From a virus, in IMG/VR virus record IMGVR_UViG_3300022937_000008, positions 1 to 64,000 of that record: DNA of 64,000 nucleotides; one strand, 5' to 3'. Of the stretch, positions 17,215-27,065 are shown in pieces; the first letter of the stretch is position 1; every line of letters starts with the position of its first letter. Position numbers and translations under genes: made by a program. The notes below the pieces were generated by a model. It made no database searches. It had not been told where the DNA came from and worked only from the letters and a program-made list of their open reading frames with translations.

Positions 17215-17411
17215 TACTTTTCATCCTTGGCCTTCGGATAAGGGCTTTTATCCTGAGACACAAGATAACAGTCTGCTTGTATCTGTGCTATGAGGTTATC
17301 TATTTCTGCAAGAGAGCCTTTAGTATCGCCATATTTTATTTCACGAAGTTTATCAGCATCTTTTTTAATAGAATCGATCTTGTCACAGAACTGACTAATT
17401 TTATGTAACAT
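17214..17411 (-). CDS. hypothetical protein
   Basis: GAGGAG SD; TTGACT-N17-TACAAT promoter upstream. Confidence 0.75.
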   Translation of the reverse strand: MLHKISQFCDKIDSIKKDADKLREIKYGDTKGSLAEIDNLIAQIQADCYLVSQDKSPYPKAKDEK

Positions 17412-17474
17412 ATATTTCTCCTCTTTACTTCATAACTACTTTATTGTAAAGTAAAACTCAAGTAAAGTCAAGTA

Positions 17475-18446
17475 TTATTTAAAAAACTTTTTGACAAAGT
17501 TTTGAATAATATTTGATACAGCCCACTCAGCAACGTGACGTGAATCGGTTAACTTATTTCCCTTCTTATCGGGTTTTGGATCACCACCAAAAGACTTCAC
17601 ATCCATATGTGCTGGAACCCATTTTGCAAGTTCAAAACTTGGCCAATAATACCAATTGTTAAAGTTTAATTGATTGATCTGTTCTATAGCAACTCTTAAA
17701 ATACTTTTAGACACACAGTCACTAACTACACAAGGTCTACCGACAAATGTAGCATTAAGTGGCACTGGACTTAGAGTAAAGATAATTGGTTTATCTCCAC
17801 AATGTTCTCTAATTAATTCAATAATTCTTTTCATGTTGTCATAGTTTTCTTCTACAGTACTAATAACACACTCATGTTTTTCTACATCAAACATTCCGTC
17901 TGGGACGCCTCTCCAAAATACACCTTTAGTATTTTTATCTCTCCAAACTTCTGATAGTCCAAAAGTTATAACAAACCCGTCATATTGTTTAAATTTTTCT
18001 TTAATCTGTGATTGTTCTTCTTCGCTTTCCCACTTAAAAATTCCTTTGTCAGCAGCCTGATCGTACCAGTATGCATCACTACTTCTGTTACCAGTTAATG
18101 CCCATTCAATAAATTGCCTAACAGCAAAACTATTGTTTAATCCTTCCGGAACAAATACAGTATCACTAACTTGTTGGTTTCGTTGCATCCACTCTCTAAT
18201 TCTCATAGCGAAGCATGAACCCATTGTCATAATTCTTGATTGTTTTGTAAAGATAGGCTCTTTAGGACCAGATTGTTCGAATAGTTGTGTTACTACTCCA
18301 TTCAAATTATTTTGACTCATAGCAGCCGTTGGCCAAAAATCTAATGATTCGCCTGTGTGCCATTTCAAGTTTTTAAAGTTGCTGTTCGCAATACTTTCTT
18401 CTACGTGTTTGACAGTTTGTATTTCTATATTCTTTAGTTTAGCCAT
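17475..18446 (-). CDS. GSCFA-domain protein (SGNH-like)
   Basis: TMGSCFA, ITFGLSEVW, TLSPVPL, SKSILR, YWPSFE, RHV. Confidence 0.9.
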   Translation of the reverse strand: MAKLKNIEIQTVKHVEESIANSNFKNLKWHTGESLDFWPTAAMSQNNLNGVVTQLFEQSGPKEPIFTKQSRIMTMGSCFAMRIREWMQRNQQVSDTVFVPEGLNNSFAVRQFIEWALTGNRSSDAYWYDQAADKGIFKWESEEEQSQIKEKFKQYDGFVITFGLSEVWRDKNTKGVFWRGVPDGMFDVEKHECVISTVEENYDNMKRIIELIREHCGDKPIIFTLSPVPLNATFVGRPCVVSDCVSKSILRVAIEQINQLNFNNWYYWPSFELAKWVPAHMDVKSFGGDPKPDKKGNKLTDSRHVAEWAVSNIIQNFVKKFFK

Positions 18447-18448
18447 TG

Positions 18449-19108
18449 TTATCTCACAAATATAATATCTATTTTTGTTGCTTGTTCTACCTTTTTATAA
18501 CCTATAGATTCTAAAAATTCTACAGCGTCAGGCATATCTGTATTTTGCCTTTTTATGGTTTTTAGTTTATGTTCCATAACAATTACAGGATTGTTAGTTT
18601 CAAAGAACTTTTTAGATCCTTGTAACAAGTAACCTTCGTGGCTGTCGACGTCGATCTTGATAAAGTCAATATCTTGTAAATTAAAACTATCTAGTGTACG
18701 TGCTTCAACTTCTGCTTTAAAATGATGTTTAGGTTCATCATCTCTAGTATTGATCCACCCTGAAAAAGTTGACGGCCCGTTAAGTAAAATCTTTTTACCA
18801 TCTGTATTGCTAAGTGCATAATTTTCTAATTTTACATTAGTAATATTCTGTCGTTGTAGGTTATTAACACAACAATTGTATACATCGCTTCTAGCTTCAA
18901 ACGCATATACATTTTTAAATTTTTCAGCAATAACTTTAACGCTATCGCCAATCCATGTTCCTATATCGATAGCATTGTCATATTTCTTAACATACTTAAG
19001 AGCTTTTTCAATAGGCTCAATACAAGACCAAGATTCGTTTTCTACACGGGTAATCACTTCTGGAAAAGTTTCATAGTCCGGCAAAACCCAGTTACCAACA
19101 AGTTTCAT
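18449..19108 (-). CDS. FkbM-family methyltransferase
   Basis: IDIGTWIG, AFE, LDSF, FIKIDVD. Confidence 0.88.
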   Translation of the reverse strand: MKLVGNWVLPDYETFPEVITRVENESWSCIEPIEKALKYVKKYDNAIDIGTWIGDSVKVIAEKFKNVYAFEARSDVYNCCVNNLQRQNITNVKLENYALSNTDGKKILLNGPSTFSGWINTRDDEPKHHFKAEVEARTLDSFNLQDIDFIKIDVDSHEGYLLQGSKKFFETNNPVIVMEHKLKTIKRQNTDMPDAVEFLESIGYKKVEQATKIDIIFVR

Positions 19109-19160
19109 TAGTGTTCCTTTTCTCCATTAACACTCATATTTATGTGTTAAATACTAGGTC

Positions 19161-19952
19161 ATGAAAAAATATGCAATCTGCCCACAAGTAATAGAAAATA
19201 AGTCATCTAATTGGATACTGCAACCGTTTATCAGAGCCGGTGCTAAAACATTTAATACAGTACAAGAAATACCAAATGATTATATTCTAATATCTGTACA
19301 TCATCCTCCCTGGAGATCTCCATATAAAGAATGGATAGAAAAAGGTAATAAGCATATAGAAATTGATTATGGCTATTGGGGTCTAAATATTCCAAGACGC
19401 AATACTCGACGTGTAACGTTTGGTGGTTCTCATAATTTAAATATGAGAGATGTGCCATATTCTAGATTAAAAACACTTGATCCAAAAGTTGAAGATTGGA
19501 AACAAAAAAGAGGTAATCAAATACTAGTAATTGAACCTCAACAAGGTATTATCCTAGAAAGAACAGGAGTTCCATTAGAAACATGGAAGAAGAATATGCT
19601 AGATACTATTCAAGAATTTTGGGATGGTCCTGTAAAATTTAGAAGGAAAGCAGGTGGAAAGAATCCTGCTCGTTGGCCTACTTTTTTAGAAGATCTACAA
19701 GCATCGACAGGAGTTATCGGTGAAAGAACAATGGCCTGTGTTGAAGCAGTTATACTAGGATACCCTGCATATACTGTAGACTATAGTGCTGTAAGTTTAA
19801 TTATGGGAACTGATATAAAGAAGATTTTAAATCCTGAGTTTCCTGATCGTACTAAGTGGCTAGAGCATATTGCGTGGAGTCAGTTTACGCCTGAAGAGTT
19901 TGCTAACGGAACCTTTGTAGTTGACTGTTTAGAACAATATCAAATTATTTAA
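19161..19952 (+). CDS. GT-B-like capsular-polysaccharide-type glycosyltransferase, paralog 1
   Basis: IDYGY, RRK, VEAVILGYP, R.KW..IAWSQFTPEE shared with five paralogs. Confidence 0.6.
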   Translation: MKKYAICPQVIENKSSNWILQPFIRAGAKTFNTVQEIPNDYILISVHHPPWRSPYKEWIEKGNKHIEIDYGYWGLNIPRRNTRRVTFGGSHNLNMRDVPYSRLKTLDPKVEDWKQKRGNQILVIEPQQGIILERTGVPLETWKKNMLDTIQEFWDGPVKFRRKAGGKNPARWPTFLEDLQASTGVIGERTMACVEAVILGYPAYTVDYSAVSLIMGTDIKKILNPEFPDRTKWLEHIAWSQFTPEEFANGTFVVDCLEQYQII

Positions 19953-20697
19953 GAGATTGTTTTGTCTTAAACTTATTAATCTTATAAGTTTTATCTTTAC
20001 CCTTTGAATGATTAATATACGGTCCTACTAACGAAGCATGGATAGGATGTTTGCCTGATTGTCTAACATTTAAATCATAAAAAGATTTAGGATCATTAAA
20101 TTCGTTACGCATAAAATCAAATGTGTAACTATCATGAGTTTGCTTAAGATCAATAAACCTTCCGCTTACAAAAAGATCTTCCCATGCTTTTAAAAATTCA
20201 TGTGTTTTAGGATTATTTAAGTTAAAAGCCATAAAGCCACACTCACTATACTTGTGAGGTCTTCCTACATAGGCTGCAATAATATTAGGTTTAAAAACAG
20301 TATCAGAAAAGTTTTGATCAAACTGTTTGTAAAAAATCGAATCGGCATCAAGCCATATCAACCAATCTGTTTTTGTTTTCTTCCAGGCTTGCCATATAGC
20401 AAATGTTTTATGAGAAAACTTAATAGCGTCCCATTTAAATCCTTCTGCTCCGTTTGCTCGAGGATTATCCTTCCAACGCTCTTTGAATTGTATAATTGCC
20501 GGACAGTCTTTGTAAAGATCTATCCATTCAACTCTAGAAGAAAACTGTTTCTTTGCATTCTCTAGAGTTGTATCGGATAACTCGTGATAGAACAGAAGTT
20601 TACTATTAGGATGCCAATTAGTATCTAATTCTTTAGTTGTTGTCGAAGTAATGTCAGTCCAATACTTCTCGTTAAAACTTGTAACGGCAGTATACAT
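19945..20697 (-). CDS. GT-A glycosyltransferase
   Basis: VTSF, KFSHK, WLDAD, SECGF, HDSY, H.KG; paralog of 26217. Confidence 0.8.
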   Translation of the reverse strand: MYTAVTSFNEKYWTDITSTTTKELDTNWHPNSKLLFYHELSDTTLENAKKQFSSRVEWIDLYKDCPAIIQFKERWKDNPRANGAEGFKWDAIKFSHKTFAIWQAWKKTKTDWLIWLDADSIFYKQFDQNFSDTVFKPNIIAAYVGRPHKYSECGFMAFNLNNPKTHEFLKAWEDLFVSGRFIDLKQTHDSYTFDFMRNEFNDPKSFYDLNVRQSGKHPIHASLVGPYINHSKGKDKTYKINKFKTKQSLK

Positions 20698-21059
20698 TAT
20701 TTTTTAACTTTAGTACCAACAGTTCTTCTTACAATATCATCGTGGTTAAATTCAGCCCAGTATAGTTCAAATGCTACACCGTCTTCTACACCTTCGAACT
20801 GATGAATCTTTCCTGGTTTCACTTGTGTGAATTCGCCTGGACCGAGAATAGTTTCATCTACTAGTCCTTCTTGAGCACCATCTTGCCACACACGTACAAT
20901 CATTTTTCCTGACTCTACGAAGAAGCCATTCCATTTATATTGATGTTCGTGTTCGCTGCATTTGAATCCTGCTTTGAATTCAATGCGGTGAAATTCTAAC
21001 ACACCATTGGCATGAATCAGTTCTGTTTGTCCCCAGATCTTACCTGCTTTCATTGTCAT
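20697..21059 (-). CDS. cupin-domain protein
   Basis: KIWG, CSEHEH, ESG, PGKIHQF. Confidence 0.8.
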   Translation of the reverse strand: MTMKAGKIWGQTELIHANGVLEFHRIEFKAGFKCSEHEHQYKWNGFFVESGKMIVRVWQDGAQEGLVDETILGPGEFTQVKPGKIHQFEGVEDGVAFELYWAEFNHDDIVRRTVGTKVKK

Positions 21060-21095
21060 TCCTTTCTTTCCTCTTTGTCTTAATATACATAATTA

Positions 21096-21605
21096 TCACA
21101 TCAGCTTGGCTAATTCCAATACTTCTGATTGCCTACTAATTTCTTTTACAAAAAACGCACACGGTGGATTTTCCTCATCGTGTAACGGTATTGATAGTAG
21201 TTGTCCATTCTTCATTTTAGGAAAATACCATCTTACATCTTGATATATGTTTATAATTTCTACAGGAGCCCAATCGTATCGATATCCTTTAATTGGATTC
21301 ATAATAAATGCTTCAAATCCTCTTTCATTGATACTAGTTAATGGTAATACTTCTGGATCAGATAAACATTCACTATCCCCTACTAGCATCGACCAATCTA
21401 ACGGCATCTTTACTTCGTGTTCTCCTATTCTCATTAATATTGCTGGACTATTAAATGATTCTAAGAATATAAGCGGCATGAAGAAAAAGTCAGGTTCTTT
21501 AGGGTCACTGTTATCAAGTACACTGAATCTAGCATCCTCTTCTACTTCTTCCGGTAATTCATTTAAATCAAATGAATAGTTGTTTAGTGTTAAAATTTTT
21601 GTCAT
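21096..21605 (-). CDS. hypothetical protein
   Basis: 169 aa, beta-rich, downstream of UvsW. Confidence 0.75.
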   Translation of the reverse strand: MTKILTLNNYSFDLNELPEEVEEDARFSVLDNSDPKEPDFFFMPLIFLESFNSPAILMRIGEHEVKMPLDWSMLVGDSECLSDPEVLPLTSINERGFEAFIMNPIKGYRYDWAPVEIINIYQDVRWYFPKMKNGQLLSIPLHDEENPPCAFFVKEISRQSEVLELAKLM

Positions 21606-22258
21606 ACAATCTTCCTCATTACTACGTTACGTTGTAGATTATCCCACGCAGCAATTTCGTAGTTAAGTTCGTCTCGCAAGAAACTGATACCTGTTTCATC
21701 TCCGTTTTCAGCTTCTATGACTACTAGAGGAGAATATTTTCTAATTGTTTCTACACTACCTTCTAGTACTCTTCTTTCGAACCCGTCCACATCAATTTTA
21801 ATATAATCTATATTAGGTAGATTAAAGGAATCTAATGTATAGATAGTTTCCTCATACCAATCTTCCTTTTTACGTTTTCCTTCAGAGAACATACTTCCGC
21901 CACCACTAACTCTAATGACTTCGTGTTTGCTACCTAATCCACATCTAAAATGAGTCACTCTTTTTAAATCAACATTTCTAGTAAAAAGTTTTCTGAATCT
22001 ATAATCAAAACAGAATGTTCTAATAAAATGTTTGTGTAGATATCTAGTATATTCTCCGTCTCTACAACCAATGTCAATAGCATTTCTAAAACTATTAATA
22101 TAAGGTTTACTTGCTACCCATGTGATCTTACAATGATGATCGGGGAATTCTTTTCTGCCGTCTTTGGAAATGAAATAATCTCTATCATACCATTCCCATT
22201 GAAATCCTGTTGCAGGATTCACATTAAACTCAGTTGGATTAACTGGATATTTTTTCAT
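21602..22258 (-). CDS. FkbM-family methyltransferase
   Basis: IDIGCRDG, TLDSF, YIKIDVDGFE. Confidence 0.85.
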   Translation of the reverse strand: MKKYPVNPTEFNVNPATGFQWEWYDRDYFISKDGRKEFPDHHCKITWVASKPYINSFRNAIDIGCRDGEYTRYLHKHFIRTFCFDYRFRKLFTRNVDLKRVTHFRCGLGSKHEVIRVSGGGSMFSEGKRKKEDWYEETIYTLDSFNLPNIDYIKIDVDGFERRVLEGSVETIRKYSPLVVIEAENGDETGISFLRDELNYEIAAWDNLQRNVVMRKIV

Positions 22259-23721
22259 TATATGTCTACCTTTGTTACTGTGAAAGGATATCTTGCTTCC
22301 TTATAATACTTCTTACGCTCTGTCAGATGACGTTTAGCGTATTTGCAGGTAGATGTAATATCCCATATTTGTACGAAGTCTTTATCTTCAGCCTTACGAA
22401 TGCCTCTACCAATTGATTGAATTACTCTTACAAATGACTTGCCAGGCTCGATAAGGACGAGATTAAAAATCCTAGGAATATTGATACCAACAGCAGCCAC
22501 CCCATATGTTGCGATAATAATTTTTCCATCTGATGTTTTAATTTCATCGTACTGTTCTTTTCTTTCATCAAGTTTCACATCTCCCTTGATAAATGTAGCG
22601 TCTGGTAAGTTATCTAATAATTTCTTACCTGTGTCTATTCTGTTAACTAGTACAAGTGTATTTCCGTTTTTTGCAACTGTCTTAATATGATTACTGATGT
22701 AATTTAATCTATTAGAATTAGTTACTAACCAGGAATATTCTTCTTGATAATTTCTAAATTCTTCAACATCTTTGGTTTGTAAGATCTGTATATCTAATTT
22801 TGCTAATACGTTTTTTTCTTGTAAGTCATGTGCCGACACTTGATTAATTACTGGTCCTATACCAGCCAGGATACCTTGAAATTCCCATTTTTCTTTTGGA
22901 ACTGTTCCTGTTAATCCCCAACGTATTGGTGCGTTGCGGAAATTCTGTGTAAGTAATTTTTTAAGTACTTCTGCTTTTGCTTGATGTACTTCGTCAATAA
23001 TAACAGCATTTACACCTTCTGTAAATTCTGCAAGTGTTAATGTATCTCCATCATATTTTTTCTTATCTAATACATTTAAACTTTGCCAAGTGCATACTGT
23101 ATGTGTGTGATTTAATTCTTTACGATCACCAAAATAAACACCAACATCTAGTCCTAAATTTTTGTAATCTTCTTCAGTTTGTACAACAAGACTTTTGTTT
23201 GGAACAATGACCATTGTGCGGCCATAAGGCTCACATAAATGTGAAAGGGTAGCAGTTGTAATAGTTTTTCCTGCACCTGTTGCAACTTCCTGTAATGATT
23301 GTGGATGTTCTAAAAATTTGTTTACTACGTCATATTGATAATCACGTAGTACAATTGGCTGTCCTTCTAGTTGATGTCCCTTAGGCCAAGTCTTTCCTTT
23401 ATCCGCCCAATAATTTTCTGTAATTTGTTCAAAATTAAATCTATGATGTAGTCTTTGATCTTGTACTTCAATGTCGTAACCATCGTTTTCAATAATAGGT
23501 AAAATTGTTTCTAAATGTGCTAAAAAGCCAGTACCTCCAATACCAAAAAAACTAACAGTTCCATCCCATCTTCCTAATTTAAATGCCGGCATATGTCTTG
23601 CATACGGAAGATCAAATTTTAATTTGTTAGCGATCTTTCTTCTGGTTTCAACCGCAAGTCCTTCTACTTTAATATTGACTTCGTCTTTTATAACTAATTT
23701 ACAATTCGACAATTTTTTCAC
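22258..23721 (-). CDS. uvsW: UvsW-like SF2 DNA helicase
   Basis: LRDYQ, ATGAGKT, DEVH, GLTGT, QSIGRGIR. Confidence 0.92.
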   Translation of the reverse strand: MKKLSNCKLVIKDEVNIKVEGLAVETRRKIANKLKFDLPYARHMPAFKLGRWDGTVSFFGIGGTGFLAHLETILPIIENDGYDIEVQDQRLHHRFNFEQITENYWADKGKTWPKGHQLEGQPIVLRDYQYDVVNKFLEHPQSLQEVATGAGKTITTATLSHLCEPYGRTMVIVPNKSLVVQTEEDYKNLGLDVGVYFGDRKELNHTHTVCTWQSLNVLDKKKYDGDTLTLAEFTEGVNAVIIDEVHQAKAEVLKKLLTQNFRNAPIRWGLTGTVPKEKWEFQGILAGIGPVINQVSAHDLQEKNVLAKLDIQILQTKDVEEFRNYQEEYSWLVTNSNRLNYISNHIKTVAKNGNTLVLVNRIDTGKKLLDNLPDATFIKGDVKLDERKEQYDEIKTSDGKIIIATYGVAAVGINIPRIFNLVLIEPGKSFVRVIQSIGRGIRKAEDKDFVQIWDITSTCKYAKRHLTERKKYYKEARYPFTVTKVDI

Positions 23722-24892
23722 CTTTATTCACTGTTCTAGTCAACTCTGTAGGTCTTATATTACCCACATACAACACACAAGGATGATGATTAATCATGTT
23801 ACGTGTCATTGTCGTAGCAACAGGAGTTACGTAATTTGTAACTAACATTGTAACATCGTTTTCTTTTTTTAGCAACCACTTATGAGGTTTATGTTGGAAA
23901 ATCAAAAACTTAGCACTGTCAATTTTACCACCAAACCCATTTTCGCTAACCCATTCATTAAATTCTGGGTCGTCTTTGTTAGATGCTCTAAAACAAACCC
24001 GCCATAATGATTTGTCTTTTTTCATAATTTCTAATGTTTGATTAAGTTCTTGCACCCATTCAAAAACATCAGATGCTCTGTCTAATATTATAACAACTTT
24101 CTTAGGAGATTTTTCAACAAGAGAAACCATTTCGTGCATCTCTTTTACCCAAAATCTATTTGTTGTTTCTCTACATATCTTTTGTATACTGTTAGTAGGG
24201 TCGCCTGAATAGATATAGCCCATGTTCTTAGCCAGTATCAAGTTAGCATCATTATCATCTACAGCATTATTACTAAAATATTCTAAAGCACTATCCGATG
24301 CATTCTTTAATTTTACTTTGTTATCTTCGATAAACGAATACGGAATATATCTGTGTGCCTGATGCCATATTAATTCAATTTCATCTTTTGTTTCGATAAA
24401 TGATTTATCGATTTCAAAATTATGTGTTTTACAGAACTCGTAAATGTTCATGACATTCTGTTCGTGTAATGCCATGTACCTTACCTTTTTCTCTCTATCC
24501 CAATAGGTAAATTTACCATACTGACCGCTGAACGCTTCATCGTATGTGTCTTTGAAAGAATATGGAAATCTAAAACCAATCGCTATTATTCCGTCTAGGA
24601 TCTTTTCAATCCAAACTTGTTTCGATTGATCTAAAACTCTAAAAGGTTGTTTCCAAACAGGTAATTCGATAAGTGCTTCATAGTCAATATGAGGTTTACA
24701 AACGTTTCTATACTTGTTCAAAAGTTTTAGAACATAGGCACCTTGCTTTTCTGTAAAAGACCTGCCATCTAATATATTTTGATAGAAACTATAGGCAGCA
24801 CTCCTATCTTGATACTGCATACCAAGGTGGTTACTCTCTATGGTATCAACCATAGCAATGAAAATATCTTCGATGTATCTTGACGTAAGCAT
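23699..24892 (-). CDS. hypothetical protein, UvsW-associated
   Basis: 397 aa overlapping the uvsW start. Confidence 0.8.
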   Translation of the reverse strand: MLTSRYIEDIFIAMVDTIESNHLGMQYQDRSAAYSFYQNILDGRSFTEKQGAYVLKLLNKYRNVCKPHIDYEALIELPVWKQPFRVLDQSKQVWIEKILDGIIAIGFRFPYSFKDTYDEAFSGQYGKFTYWDREKKVRYMALHEQNVMNIYEFCKTHNFEIDKSFIETKDEIELIWHQAHRYIPYSFIEDNKVKLKNASDSALEYFSNNAVDDNDANLILAKNMGYIYSGDPTNSIQKICRETTNRFWVKEMHEMVSLVEKSPKKVVIILDRASDVFEWVQELNQTLEIMKKDKSLWRVCFRASNKDDPEFNEWVSENGFGGKIDSAKFLIFQHKPHKWLLKKENDVTMLVTNYVTPVATTMTRNMINHHPCVLYVGNIRPTELTRTVNKGEKIVEL

Positions 24893-24898
24893 AACTGT

Positions 24899-24927
24899 AT
24901 TATATTTTCTCTAGACAATAAAATCAA
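24899..24927 (-). promoter_or_regulatory. sigma70 promoter (leaderless)
   Basis: TTGATT-N17-TATAAT, ATG 6 nt downstream. Confidence 0.75.
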
Positions 24928-25781
24928 GAATTAATTTGCTTTAATATAATATTTTCTAACCTTTTGATAGGAATACCTTGAGCTATTTCTTCGACAGTCC
25001 ATTCGCAATGAGTTATTCTAGCAAACCATTCTTCCCTATCTGGAAGTTCAGGAGATTCAACTTTTTCAATTGTTGTCGATACAGGGTAAGCAAGACTTGA
25101 TGCATCTGTAATGACAGGAGTACCTTCAATTGCTGCCAATATTGGAGGTCCACTGTTATGATTAACTACACAATGATAGTTGTATGATATATTAAAATCG
25201 TCATAGGTGTTTAATACCCTTTGAGGATCCTGGCGTGTTACATTTTTAAATTCATGCTCTATACCTGGCATTGGTGATCTTGGATGAGGTCTTATATGAA
25301 TAGGCCTGTCAGTATATTTTCGTATTTCTTCAATCATCGATATGGTCCACGCCGACATAGATGGCATTCCTTCCCACTGTAAACTTTTTTGATGTTGGGT
25401 TGCAATTAAAATACTTTTATTTCTGTTATGATTAACTGGCTTTAGTTCAAGACCTAGTTTTTTAGGCCTATCATAATCTAAATCAACATCATTACCGAAC
25501 TCACCTAATCCATTAATATGATTAAGACATATTCTCCATGTCGAGTTACGCAATAGATTTCCTACTTCAATGATTATAATAGGTTTATTCTTGATTTTAC
25601 AGTTTTGATATATGGCTTTGTTTCCAGCCATACGTCCATTCCATAGCACTGACCATATCACTGCTACATCTTCGTTGTCATTGACTATTTCGTGTCCTAA
25701 CGCTTTTAAGCCTTGTTCGAAATAGTTAAATATTGGTGGGCTGTTAAGAGCTCCGTTTTCACGATGTAATTTAAAACGCAT
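24924..25781 (-). CDS. GT-B-like glycosyltransferase, paralog 2
   Basis: IEVG, ILIATQ, RPHP, NHNS, GTPV, REEW...CEWTVEEI..G. Confidence 0.65.
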   Translation of the reverse strand: MRFKLHRENGALNSPPIFNYFEQGLKALGHEIVNDNEDVAVIWSVLWNGRMAGNKAIYQNCKIKNKPIIIIEVGNLLRNSTWRICLNHINGLGEFGNDVDLDYDRPKKLGLELKPVNHNRNKSILIATQHQKSLQWEGMPSMSAWTISMIEEIRKYTDRPIHIRPHPRSPMPGIEHEFKNVTRQDPQRVLNTYDDFNISYNYHCVVNHNSGPPILAAIEGTPVITDASSLAYPVSTTIEKVESPELPDREEWFARITHCEWTVEEIAQGIPIKRLENIILKQINS

Positions 25782-25818
25782 ATTCTACCATAAATATAGT
25801 AGTATTTAACGGTTTTCC

Positions 25819-26220
25819 ATGAGTAAGATTAAAAAAAGAATTACCAAAATTTTAAGAAAAGAGCCCAAAGACGCTTTAGTGATCGGGAATGGCGATTACA
25901 TCTTACCAGTGTTGCTTGATATGTTCAACACTGTATTCATATGGAGCAAAACAACTGTTGATATTAAAGCACCTAACATAGTTATTAAGAAAGAATTAGA
26001 TACAACATTTCATATGCCTGATATAAATGCAGTCTTTATAGACAGAGATTATGTGAAGTCATTAGACTACATGAGTGCATTACTGGCCAAACCAAGTCCA
26101 GATGTTTTTATTGAAGGCAATGATGTAATTCCAAGGGAACAAACAACAAATCTATATAGACATAATTACAACTGTACTGCACAAGCAGGAAGTTTTCATA
26201 TTTGGACGAGAGTAAAATGA
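25819..26220 (+). CDS. hypothetical protein
   Basis: 133 aa; CATAAATA promoter near 25789. Confidence 0.7.
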   Translation: MSKIKKRITKILRKEPKDALVIGNGDYILPVLLDMFNTVFIWSKTTVDIKAPNIVIKKELDTTFHMPDINAVFIDRDYVKSLDYMSALLAKPSPDVFIEGNDVIPREQTTNLYRHNYNCTAQAGSFHIWTRVK

Positions 26221-27065
26221 CAATTAGCGTAGTGACAACATTTCATAAAAAAGGTTATGAAGATTATGGCAAAAGAATGATAAAAACATTCTTAGAAAAT
26301 TGGCCAAGTGAAATAAAGTTATATGTATATGCTGAAGATTGTGAAGTAACTGAAACAGCACCTAATCTTATTGTTAAAGATTTACATCAAGCCAGTCCAG
26401 ATCTAGTAAAATTTAAAACAAAATGGAAAAATGTACCAAAAGCAAACGGCGACGTTAGTGACGATCCAATAAGAAGTAAAAGAAGAGATAGCGGAAAAGG
26501 TTTTAAATGGCACGCCATACGTTTTGCACACAAAGTTTATTCAATTTTTGCCTGTGCAAAAGAATGTAATACAGATTATTTAATGTGGATGGATGCTGAC
26601 ACAGTTTGTCATTCACCGATTAGCAAAAAAGCGTTTAATACCTTGTTTCCAGTAGATGCTGAATTAATGTATCTTGGAAGAAAAGGCAAATATTCAGAGT
26701 GTGGATTGTATTCTATGAAACTAGGTGCAGAAAATGTTCAAAAATTTCTAAGTGAGTTTCAACGTGTATACGATGAAGCAGAGAATGGAATATTTTTAAT
26801 GGCTGAATGGCATGACAGTTTTGTTTTCGATGAAGTTAGACGTAAATTTCCTCATATGAGACAACATAACTGGGCTGGCCACTTAACTGACCTAAGACCG
26901 AGACCTGGATACTCATCTGGAGAGGGGCACCCTTTGATAAATTGTGAGTGGGGAGCATACCTTGATCACTTGAAAGGTGATAGAAAACGTGCAGGCGTTA
27001 GTAAGCGAGAAGATTTAAAGGTTATGAGAACCGAACCCTACTGGGTAAATCAACTAAAATCATAA
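26217..27065 (+). CDS. GT-A glycosyltransferase
   Basis: VVTTF, RFAHK, WMDAD, SECG, EWHDS, DHLKG. Confidence 0.82.
   Translation: MTISVVTTFHKKGYEDYGKRMIKTFLENWPSEIKLYVYAEDCEVTETAPNLIVKDLHQASPDLVKFKTKWKNVPKANGDVSDDPIRSKRRDSGKGFKWHAIRFAHKVYSIFACAKECNTDYLMWMDADTVCHSPISKKAFNTLFPVDAELMYLGRKGKYSECGLYSMKLGAENVQKFLSEFQRVYDEAENGIFLMAEWHDSFVFDEVRRKFPHMRQHNWAGHLTDLRPRPGYSSGEGHPLINCEWGAYLDHLKGDRKRAGVSKREDLKVMRTEPYWVNQLKS

Noticed and set aside
21096-21605. Possible Hint/intein-like fold next to UvsW
   Set aside because: No N-terminal Cys/Ser, TxxH or terminal HN motif; the resemblance is too vague without profile searches
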